Assembly: GCA_963729765.1 (NCBI GenBank)
Contig: CAVSPL010000011.1
Coordinates: 9,102 to 73,101, forward strand
DNA: 64,000 nucleotides
From: an uncultured beta proteobacterium
GTDB lineage: Bacteria > Pseudomonadota > Gammaproteobacteria > Burkholderiales > Burkholderiaceae_D
Direction: 5' to 3'
Each line of letters begins with the position of its first letter. Position 1 is the first letter of the stretch. A model generated the notes under the pieces. The model did not search any database. It saw only the letters and a program-made list of their open reading frames with translations, and was not told the DNA's origin. The position numbers were made by a program, and so were the translations under genes. Positions 47,830 through 56,840 of this stretch are shown here, piece after piece.

Positions 47830-49096
47830 TCAGGCTGCCGCGCTCTCCTGTTTTTCCGGCAGGGCGATCGCATTGTCGACGCTGAACTGGTAGTCCTTGA
47901 ACACGTGCTCGGCGCTCATGATCTGGTAGTCGCCGTTCGCCAGCTTGTGCGTGGTGTCCTTCAGGCGATAGGTGTAGTGGCCGCAGGTCCAGCAATTGTA
48001 GTTGCGCATGTGCGTGCACAGGCAGGTCTTGTCCATCACCGGCGGATTCTTGACGTCCGGATTGGCCAGCACTTCGCGGTTGTACGAATTGATGTAGGCG
48101 CAGTTGCCGGTGGCATCGAGCAGGTAGCCATAGGATTCGCAGCCCGGACGGATGCCGGAACCGATCGCCGGCGTGCTTTTCAGCATGCGCATCGGATAGC
48201 CGGTCGGCGAGATGCCGTTGACGATGATGTCTTCCTCGCTGGCGCGGAAGTATTCCTGCTTGACGCGAATCGGGCATGCCGCATTCGCGGGTGACCGTGA
48301 AGCGGGTCGCCACCTGCACGCCGGCCACGCCTTTTTCGAGGAAGCCCACCGCGTCGGAACCGGTGAACACGCCGCCGGCCGCGATCAGCGGAATATCGAT
48401 GTTTTCCTGGCGCATGTAGGCGAGGATCTCGTCGATGATCAGGTGCAGGTCGTAGTTCTTCCAGTCGAAGCCGAAGCCCAGGTGGCCGCCGGCCAGGGGG
48501 CCTTCGACGATGATGAAGTCGGGCGGACGGTTCAGTTTCGCGACCTTGCGCAGGAACAGTTGCAGCGCGCGTACCGAGGACACGATGATGCCGAGATTGG
48601 CTTCGCGGAAGCGCGGGTGGTCCTTGATCAGCTCGAAGGAACCGAGGTGCAGGCCGGCCGACATGGTGATGCCGTCGATGCCGGCGTCCAGCGCCGACGA
48701 CAGGCGCGTGCGCAGGGTTTCCTTGGGCGCGTTCATGGTCAGCTTTTCCATGCAGTTCACGAAAATCAGGCCATCGCCTTTTTTCGCCGCCATGGTCGCG
48801 CCCACGTGCAGGCGCGTCGCTTCGGCCAGGCGCTCGAGGTCGAACTGCACGACCGCCTTGTCCATGTTGTTGATGTTGAACTTGTAGAGCTTGGTCTTGT
48901 CCTTGACGAAGGTCGTGTCGAACTTGCGGTCCGAGACGTCCTGCACCATCGCGTCCGAGATATGGCCGATACCGCCCAGGCGCGCCGCTTCCAGCGCCAG
49001 CTCCGAGGTCGAAATGTCCACGCCCATTCCGCCAATCATGATGGGCACATATTCCTTGTTGCCCAGACGCAGGCGGAAATCATCAACACGTTTCAT
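47830..49096 (-). CDS. Nitronate monooxygenase-family FMN enzyme with Cys-rich C-terminus (FabX/UfaA-like; frameshift near 48270)
   Basis: PIMIGGMGVDIS, VEGPLAGGHLG, IAAGGV, VQVATRF, SPTGYPMR, then six Cys (GCE, GNC, CLC, CWTC). Confidence 0.85.
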
Positions 49097-49198
49097 TGCT
49101 ATCCTTAGACTGCCAAGTTACTTTTGCTTTGTGCAGCCTCAATTCTACCCCAAGCAAAATTGGGGTAGCGCGAGGCGTGCGGCGATCGGCGGAGGCCG

Positions 49199-49684
49199 TT
49201 AGTCGCGGAAGTTGTTGAAGGCCAGCGGCAAATCCAGGATGTCCTTTTTCAGCAGGGCCATCGCCGCCTGCAGGTCGTCGCGCTTGGCGCCGGTGACGCG
49301 CACGGTTTCGCCCTGGATGCTGGCCTGCACCTTCATCTTGCTTTCCTTGATCGCCTTGGTGATCTTCTTGGCGTCCTCGGTCTCGATGCCGTTGCGCACC
49401 TTGATGAGTTGCTTGACCTTGTCGCCGCCGATCTTTTCGACTTTTTCCTCGTCGAGGAAGCGCACGTCGACCTTACGCTTGGTCATCTTGTTGACCAGCA
49501 CGTCGTACACCTGGCTCAGCTGGAAATCGGAATCGGCGAACAGCGTCAATTCCTTTTCCTTCTGCTCGACCTTGGCCGAGCTGCCCTTGAAGTCGAAGCG
49601 GGTGGTGATTTCCTTGTTCGATTGCTCGACGGCGTTCTTTACTTCGACCATGTCTGCTTCGCAGACCACATCAAACGATGGCAT
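49199..49684 (-). CDS. yajQ: YajQ family nucleotide/c-di-GMP binding protein
   Basis: [28 protein letters not shown]. Confidence 0.97.
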   Translation of the reverse strand: MPSFDVVCEADMVEVKNAVEQSNKEITTRFDFKGSSAKVEQKEKELTLFADSDFQLSQVYDVLVNKMTKRKVDVRFLDEEKVEKIGGDKVKQLIKVRNGIETEDAKKITKAIKESKMKVQASIQGETVRVTGAKRDDLQAAMALLKKDILDLPLAFNNFRD

Positions 49685-50048
49685 GGCGGGTTCCTTTATT
49701 GTTGCTGATTCATGAATGGCAGTATTTTAACGGAACGGCCGGAAATAGAACGACCGTTTTAGGCGATAGGGCCGGGCCGACCGCTTCATTGGTCGGATTT
49801 CCTTGCCCAACGATAGCCAACCCCTCCCTCACTTACCGCTAAATCCGTCATTTCTCCGGTAGCCGTCTCGCGCTCGACGGCAGGACGCGGCGCGCGTGCG
49901 CAGGCGTGCTGCGGTAAAGCGTGTTCTCGCTGAAGATAAGATTTGTGTAATTAAGGCAACATAATTATAAAAATATAATTTCTAAATTAAAAATTAAATG
50001 TAGAGTATGCAATTGTTGTGCTCATCTAATAACTAACGGGGATTTCCA

Positions 50049-50681
50049 ATGATTTATCGCTTCCGCAGTACCTGCATCCTGGCCATCGCGGCATTCGTGG
50101 CTTTGACCGCTTTATCGGCGCGCGCTGCCGTGATCACCACTGACGGCACCACCATCTCGGACAACGGCGTGATGTATAAAACGTCGTTCCAGGGCGACGT
50201 GCTCACCCTGTCAATCTTTACTGACGGCGCCTCGGGCACACTTGCCGGCGCCAATAGCCTGAAGCAGTTGACGTTCTCCAGCATGCGTCCCCCGGGCGCT
50301 GCAAACAGTGGGTTCCTCCTGAATGGCGCCGCAATGACCGGGTCATCCAGCCAGGATGGTCTCGCTTGCAACGGCAGTAACGGCGGCGGCCAGATTTGCT
50401 TCTTCGATATGAACGATCCGTTCGTGCCGGGCACCCCCCTCATGTATACGATCGCATTCGACTACGTTGGTCCCGCCATCGACTTCGACAACTTCAACTT
50501 GCGCGCGATCTACACTGGTCAGCGCCTGAATCCCGCTGGAACGCGGTTCGTCAACTTCCAAGCCGGCGAGACCGTCGCCATCAACGCCAAGGATGTTCCT
50601 GAACCGGCCTCGCTGGCAATCGTGACGCTTGGCCTGGGTTTGGTCGGCTTCAGCCGTCGCCGCAGGAATCAGGCCGCGTAA
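50049..50681 (+). CDS. PEP-CTERM sorting-domain secreted protein
   Basis: Signal peptide (ARA-AVI); C-terminal VPEPASLAIVTLGLGLVGFSRRRR. Confidence 0.93.
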   Translation: MIYRFRSTCILAIAAFVALTALSARAAVITTDGTTISDNGVMYKTSFQGDVLTLSIFTDGASGTLAGANSLKQLTFSSMRPPGAANSGFLLNGAAMTGSSSQDGLACNGSNGGGQICFFDMNDPFVPGTPLMYTIAFDYVGPAIDFDNFNLRAIYTGQRLNPAGTRFVNFQAGETVAINAKDVPEPASLAIVTLGLGLVGFSRRRRNQAA

Positions 50682-51100
50682 GCTGTCAATCATGTGGCAC
50701 GCATTGGCGGCATCCTTCGATGCTGCCAATCGCAGCGCTTCTTTTCAAGGGCAATGCCTACAAAGGTCCAGGCAAGGCGCCGGACGAGTCGGCGTGAATG
50801 TCGTTGCAGCCAGGCCGGCGCACATTGCCTTCGCCAGCACGTCGCCGTCGGCCGGGTCCAGTTCCCGTCCTTCAGTGCTCATTGAGGCGGCCGATCCTCG
50901 AACCGAGGATCGCCGATCAACCCCGGGAGCGCAATCGTGTTGCGGTACAATCCCAGCGCCCGCTACTGGCGCACCATGGCTATTCATCTGCCGAAGCCGG
51001 TGGGGCTTCCCAGGCTGCCCTATCTCATGTGGAGCAGGCTTGCTCCAGTTTAGATAAATTACCTGTGAACCGTGAAAACCCTCCCGACTCCCCTTCGCTC

Positions 51101-52133
51101 ATGTCCATAGCTCTCCCGATCGAACACGACGTTTCCTTGCAAGCCTTCAATACCTTCGGCCTGGACGCGCGCGCGCGCCACTACCTGCGCGTGACCAGCG
51201 CCGACCAGCTCGACCGGTTGCGCGATGACGCCGCGCTTGACCGGCGTGCCGCGTTTCGTGCTCGGCGGCGGCAGCAACGTGCTGCTCACGCGCGACGTCG
51301 ACGCCCTGGTGCTGCACATGGCCATCGCAGGCAGGGAGATCGTCGGCGAGCAGGACGGCAAGGTGCTGGTGCGCGCCGGCGCCGGCGAGAACTGGCATGC
51401 CTTCGTCGATTACACGCTGGCGCAAGGCCTGGGCGGGCTGGAAAACCTGTCGCTGATTCCCGGCACCGTGGGCGCGGCGCCGATCCAGAACATCGGGGCC
51501 TACGGGCTCGAAATCAAGGACGTCTTCCATGCGCTGACCGTGTTCGACCTGGACAGCGGCGCGCGGCGCACGCTCAGCGCAGCCGACTGCCGCTTCGGCT
51601 ACCGCGACTCCGTCTTCAAGCATGCCGAGGGCGCGAACCTGGTGGTGCTGGACGTGACCTTCGCCCTGCCGCGCGCCTGGCAGCCGAACCTGCGCTATGC
51701 CGAGCTGGCCCAGGCGGTCGAGGCCGCGGGCTTTACGGCGCCGACGCCGCGCCAGGTGAGCGACACGGTGGTGGCGATCCGCCGCCGCAAGCTGCCCGAC
51801 CCGGCCGAGATCGGCAACGCCGGCAGCTTCTTCAAGAATCCCGTGGTGGCGGCCGAAGCCTGCCGCGCGCTTGCTGGACGCGCTTCCCGCAGCTGGTGCA
51901 CCACGCGCAGGCGGACGGCAGCGAAAAGCTGGCGGCGGGCTGGCTCATCGACCAGTGCGGCTGGAAAGGGAAGCATCTCGGCGCGGCCGGCGTCTATCCG
52001 AAGCAGGCGCTGGTGCTGGTGAACAATGGCGGGGCGACGGGGGCCGAGGTGCTGGCGCTGGCGCGCGCGATCCAGCACGATGTGAAGGAACGTTTCGGCG
52101 TCGAGCTGGAACCGGAGCCGCGTCTTTATTTAA
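51101..52133 (+). CDS. murB: UDP-N-acetylenolpyruvoylglucosamine reductase (frameshifted)
   Basis: [59 protein letters not shown]. Confidence 0.96.
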
Positions 52134-53119
52134 GCGCGGAAGGCGGCCACCCGGTTGCGCCCGCGCGATTTGGCCGCCTGCACGGCTTCGCCGGCACGCG
52201 CCAGCACGGCATCGAACATCGCGTCCTCCGCCGGCACGGTGGAGGCCACGCCCACCGACATCGTCACGATGCGCCGCTCCGGCAGCGGATGCGACAGCGC
52301 CAGGCGCTCGAGCGCCGTGCGGCAGGCTTCGGCCACCTGCACCGCGCCGTCCAGGCCCGTGTCCGGCAGCAGGATCGCGAACTGCTTGCCGTCGTAGCGC
52401 GCGGCCAGGTCGGACGGGCGCTTCAGCTGCCCGGTCAGCACGCCGGCCATCTTGCGCAGGCACAGGTCGCCCGCTTCGCGCCCCATGCGGTGATTGAAAT
52501 AACCAAAACTGTCGACATCGCATACCAGCAGGGACAGCGGCTGGCCGTTGCGCCGTGCGCGCTGCCATTCGCCTTGCGCCACCTGGTCGAAGCGGCGCCG
52601 GTTCGGGATGCCGGTCAGGATGTCGACGCCGTCGATGCGCTCGAGTTCGGCCTGGGCGCGGGCCAGCAAGGCCTGGGTCTCGTACAGGCGGCGCAGCGCC
52701 TCGTCGCGTTCGAGCAGCGCCTGGCTCGCCTGGGCGTGGTAGCGCAGGCGCGCCAGCAATTCGGTCTGGGTCGGCAGTTCGGCCAGGTAGTCGCTGGCGC
52801 CGGCGGCAAAGGCGGCGTCGCGTCCGGCGTTACCCGCATTCGGCGCCAGCACCACGAGCGGCAGGGTGCCGAGGGCGGGATGGGCGCGGCAGGCGCGCAG
52901 GAAATCGCCGCTGTCTTCCTGGCCGCCCAGGGCGCGCACCAGCACCGTGGGCCGCAGGGCGTGCGCCTGTCCCAGCGCCTGGGTGGTATCGGTGAGCACC
53001 AGTTCGAGGTCGCCGGCGCCGGCCAGCATGTCGCGCAGCGCGCCCGCAAACGGCGGCGCGCCGACCAGCAGGACGCGGCATGGACTGATCAGTGACGTAT
53101 TGGCAGCAACAGGTGGCAT
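52130..53119 (-). CDS. WspR/PleD-like pseudo-receiver plus degenerate GGDEF protein
   Basis: [27 protein letters not shown]-x5-DGKQF, KSRGRNR. Confidence 0.88.
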   Translation of the reverse strand: MPPVAANTSLISPCRVLLVGAPPFAGALRDMLAGAGDLELVLTDTTQALGQAHALRPTVLVRALGGQEDSGDFLRACRAHPALGTLPLVVLAPNAGNAGRDAAFAAGASDYLAELPTQTELLARLRYHAQASQALLERDEALRRLYETQALLARAQAELERIDGVDILTGIPNRRRFDQVAQGEWQRARRNGQPLSLLVCDVDSFGYFNHRMGREAGDLCLRKMAGVLTGQLKRPSDLAARYDGKQFAILLPDTGLDGAVQVAEACRTALERLALSHPLPERRIVTMSVGVASTVPAEDAMFDAVLARAGEAVQAAKSRGRNRVAAFRA

Positions 53120-53267
53120 CGAAATGGCGGAGTGGACAGGGCGGTCCCATTCTACCCTGAGGGTCTGGCAAAATGTTGCATTTGGCTACTTCGGGTGTAC
53201 CGATACAACGGTATGCGACGCCGCCCCGCATTCGGCTATGCTAAGAATCCATTCCACAGGAGACAGA

Positions 53268-53979
53268 ATGAAAGCCATCGTCACCGGCCACACCAAAGGC
53301 CTCGGCGCCGCCATTGCCGCCGAGCTGATCAAACGCGGCATTCCCGTGCTCGGCCTGGCGCGCGGCCGCGCCGCCGCCGCATCGCGATTTGCTCACCGAA
53401 ATCGAGGTCGACCTGTCCGATAGCGCGGCCCTGGCTGCCTTCGTGGAGGGCGACACGCTGGCCGGCTGGCTGCGCGACGAGGGCGCGACGCTGCTGGTGA
53501 ATAACGCGGGCGTGGTCGCACCGGTCGGTCCGTTGGCGGCGCAAGATCCGCTGGCGGTCCTGCGCGCGGTGACGCTGAACGTGGCCGCGCCGCTGGCATT
53601 GGCGGCCGCCGTGGTGCGCGCCAGCCGCGGCGAACGGCGCATCCTGCATGTGTCGAGCGGCGCTGGGAGGAATGCCTATCCCGGCTGGAGCGTGTACTGC
53701 GCCACCAAGGCCGCGCTCGACCGCCATGCGGAAAGCGTGCTGCAGGACGGCGACCCGGCGGTGCGCTGCTGCAGCCTGGCGCCGGGCGTGATCGATACCG
53801 GGATGCAGGCCGAGATCCGGGCCACGCCAGAGGCGAACTTCCCGCTGAAGGAGCGTTTCGTGCAACTCAAGGAAGAGGGTGGCCTGGCCGCGCCCGAGGA
53901 ATGCGCGCGCAAGCTGGTGACCTTGTTGCTGGCGGAAGATTTCGGCCGCGAGCCGGTGGCCGACCTGCGCAGCGCCTGA
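53268..53979 (+). CDS. Short-chain dehydrogenase (benzil reductase/YueD-like; frameshift near 53380)
   Basis: IVTGHTKGLG, NNAG, SSGAG, YCATKAA, APGVIDTGMQ. Confidence 0.92.
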
Positions 53980-53981
53980 GC

Positions 53982-54767
53982 CTAAGCGGCAGGCGAGGAT
54001 GGCAGCCGGCGCAGGGCCCGCAGCGCTTCCGGATCGTTGATGCCGACGCTGCGCTGACGAACCGTGATCAGTCCCATGTCGTTGAAGGCGGACAGGGTGC
54101 GGCTGACTGTCTCCATCGTCAGCCCCAGGTAGCTGCCGATTTCCTGGCGCGTCATGCGCAAATTGAATAGCTTGCCGGAGTAGCCCATCCCGACAAAGCG
54201 CTCTGTCAGTGACACCAGGAAGCGCGCGACACGCGCTTCGGCCGTCAGGATGCCGAGCATATCGATGATCTCGCTGGCGATGGGCCAGTTCGCGGCTCAT
54301 CATCCGATAGCATCAGGTTTTCGATGTCCGGATTCGAGCGCCCGATACTGGACATTCTTGCGAACGGCAGCAGGATCAGGTCGCATTCCGACAGCGCCAG
54401 CGTTTCGCAAGGATGGCGGTGGGTATGGATGCCGTCGAGGCCCAGCATGTCGCCCTTCATGGGAAAGCCGAGCACCCGTTCGTTGCCGGCATCGTCGACC
54501 GTGGCGATTTTCAGGAACCCGGCATTGACGATATAGAAGGAGTCGAACAGCCTGGCCGATCCTGTAAATCTGCTGGCCTTCCTTGAACTGCACATGCTGG
54601 AACAAGGTCTTGTCCGAGGCAAGCGAACCGCATCCGAGATGCAGCAGCGCGCATATCTCTTCCAGCGTGGACCAGAGCGGGCCCTGGCGCGGGCGCCCGG
54701 CGTTCGCACAAGCGTGGCGCATCGCCATCGTTTGGCCGGCCTGCCCGGTGGTGATGTCACTTTCCAT
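53982..54767 (-). CDS. Crp/Fnr family transcriptional regulator (frameshifted)
   Basis: VLGFPMKGDMLGLDGI, AEARVARFL, MTRQEIGSYLGLTMETVSR (FNR-type recognition helix). Confidence 0.92.
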
Positions 54768-55017
54768 TCCTGCCTCCTGTCAGTGCTGGTCCTGGCAGCG
54801 GGCGCGGCGCCCAGCGCCGCGGCATTGTTGCGCGTGTCCGCGCGGATCCGTCGAGCACACGTTGCGCCAACGGGCCGGGCACGCCGGTCTCCCGCAGGAA
54901 CGCTTCAGCCACCCGGGCGCCGAGATTCTCGCGATAAGCAATCGCCACATCGACCAGTGTGGCCAGGATCGGGTCGGCGCGGCGTTCCTGCTTGCGTTCC
55001 ACAAAGGGGTGCATCAC
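54757..55017 (-). CDS. Small hypothetical protein upstream of FNR-like gene (ends approximate)
   Basis: GAGGAG SD; helical FVERKQERRADPILATLVDVAIAYRENLG..AEAFLRETGVP. Confidence 0.6.
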   Translation of the reverse strand: MMHPFVERKQERRADPILATLVDVAIAYRENLGARVAEAFLRETGVPGPLAQRVLDGSARTRATMPRRWAPRPLPGPALTGGRNGK

Positions 55018-55084
55018 CCATGCCTCCTCATGACGTGCGTGGACGTGCCGCCGGGCGGCACGGGCAAAGCGGCATGCGAAGGCT

Positions 55085-56119
55085 TTACTGCACGCTGATG
55101 AGGTCGACCTCGAACATCAGGGGAGCATTCGGTGGGATCGTCGTCCCGCTGCCGGCGCTTCCATAGGCCAGCGAAGCCGGAATGATCAGGGTGCGCTTGC
55201 CGCCCGCGCGCATTCCCAGCAGGCCCTGGTCCCAGCCCGCGATCACCGCGCCCGCGCCGAGGCGGAAGGTGAAGGGCGTCTTGCCGACCGAGGTGTCGAA
55301 CTGCGTTCCCTTGAATTCGGGCTTGGCCGCATCGTATAGCCAGCCGGTGTAGTTGACCGTGAGCGTGCGTCCCGAACTCGCCAGCGCGCCCGTTCCCTCG
55401 ACGCTGTCGATACGCTGGAAAGCCGGCCCCTGGCCCTGGATGGCGGTGGCGCGCTCTTTCGTGTAGCGGGCGTCGGCGACATAGCCGCCGCTTACCGGCG
55501 AGAGCAGTACCAGGTCCCCTTTGTCGAGGTAGAGCGCGCCCGGCGCGCTGGCGGCCGCCTGCTGTCCGGCGTCGGTGGTGCAGACCGGTCCTTCGGCGTA
55601 GTTGATGCACCACTGCGTCACGCCGTTCGCGGTCGTCGTCGTGACCGCCGTGCCGCTGCGGCTGCGCGTGTAGGCGGGAATGGCGATCGTCACCAGGTCG
55701 AGCGTCACCTGGGTTGCGGCAGCGCCCGGCGTCAGGACCGCGGCCGCGGCCGCCGTGCTGCCATACGTGAGCGAAAAATCGGCGCTCAGCGTTTCCGCGG
55801 CGATCGCCGTCCCGGCGCAGCCGTCGGCGGCGTGGAAATTGCGTACCAGGTTCAAACCCAGCGCATTCGCGCCACCCGCGGCGGCGGCCAGCGTCGCCGT
55901 GTCCTGCAGGCGGCCCTGGCAGGGTCCGTACCAGGTGCCGGCATAGGTCGCCAGCGTCATCGCGGCGGCGCACGCCTGGCGGCGTCACGACCACGGCGGA
56001 GCAGCGCTCGACGCGGCAGGCCGGCGCCGTCGTCGCCACCGCCGCCGCCGCCACCGCCGCAGGCACCCAGGCCCAGGCAGGCCGACATCAATAGCGTGTA
56101 TAAGGCTTGCCGGGATCAC
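55085..56119 (-). CDS. Lipoprotein with N-terminal Cys-paired domain and C-terminal FKBP-type PPIase (start approximate)
   Basis: Lipobox CLGLGAC-GGGGGGG across frames; VNYTGWL, FDTS, VIAGWDQGLLGMRAGGKRTLIIPASLAYG, IPPNAPLMFEVDL. Confidence 0.88.
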
Positions 56120-56608
56120 GTGCGGAACGAAAATGGATATTACACAGCAGTCCATCGAATGGAATGGACTCGCCGGATTATCAGGTAATGGTGCGCGCAT
56201 GATTATCTCCCCGGTTTTATATCGGAATTACCGAAATTCAATCAATGTTTCTGGCTTAGATACTTTCTTGTAATGGCCTTCTCGATCGTGCGTCGCATGC
56301 GTCCTGGTTTGAATTGATGAAATCGATTTTATTTTCTTATTCTGCATGCATAAACCGAAAAACCACAACCCACAAAATATAACTTTCAGAGTCAGTAATA
56401 CAGGTCTGCTTCCAGAAAATTGTTCCTACAAAACATTGAGCGCTGCCGCGATCAATGCCTGCGGGGCGTAGCTTCTTCATTCGTAGACGACCCCAACTTC
56501 ACGCTGTCTGGCGTCGTTGTAGGCGTGTTCTTACGCGCTATCTATGAAAACTTTGCGATAGTTATATTTTATAGAACGAAAAAGTTGTCGTTGTGTTCTT
56601 GGTTTGGC

Positions 56609-56658
56609 GCGTAAATTTTTATGCATTTTGCGTAAATTTTTGTGCTAACTTTGTAAAT
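56609..56658. promoter_or_regulatory. Phased direct repeats upstream of peroxidase gene
   Basis: GCGTAAATTTTTaTGC (56609), GCGTAAATTTTTgTGC (56630), partial TGTAAAT (56652). Confidence 0.55.
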
Positions 56659-56840
56659 ACACCTGTAATCACTCCTGGTTACTTTGCATATCCGGCGCTT
56701 GTTTTAAACGGATATCCAAACGTAAGGGCACCCCTTTGCCCGTCGAGTGAGGGGGCGGGTGGTTTTGAGCATGCAGCCATATCGACGCCGGCTGGCGTAC
56801 GAATAAGGAATGTGGTCCAAACTATCTCAGGGGAAATAAA

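Noticed and set aside
45530-49096. Apparent 1188-aa NMO-PAS fusion ORF
   Set aside because: Frameshift read-through; it crosses a stop in the true frame and a clear terminator at 47782-47812
49955-50000. AT-rich dyad as a dif site
   Set aside because: Does not match the XerC/XerD arms (no TTATGTTAAA-like XerD half)
56725-56740. AGGGCACCCCTTTGC as a sigma54 promoter for the peroxidase
   Set aside because: GGCAC-to-TTGC spacing is one base short of the strict -24/-12 geometry
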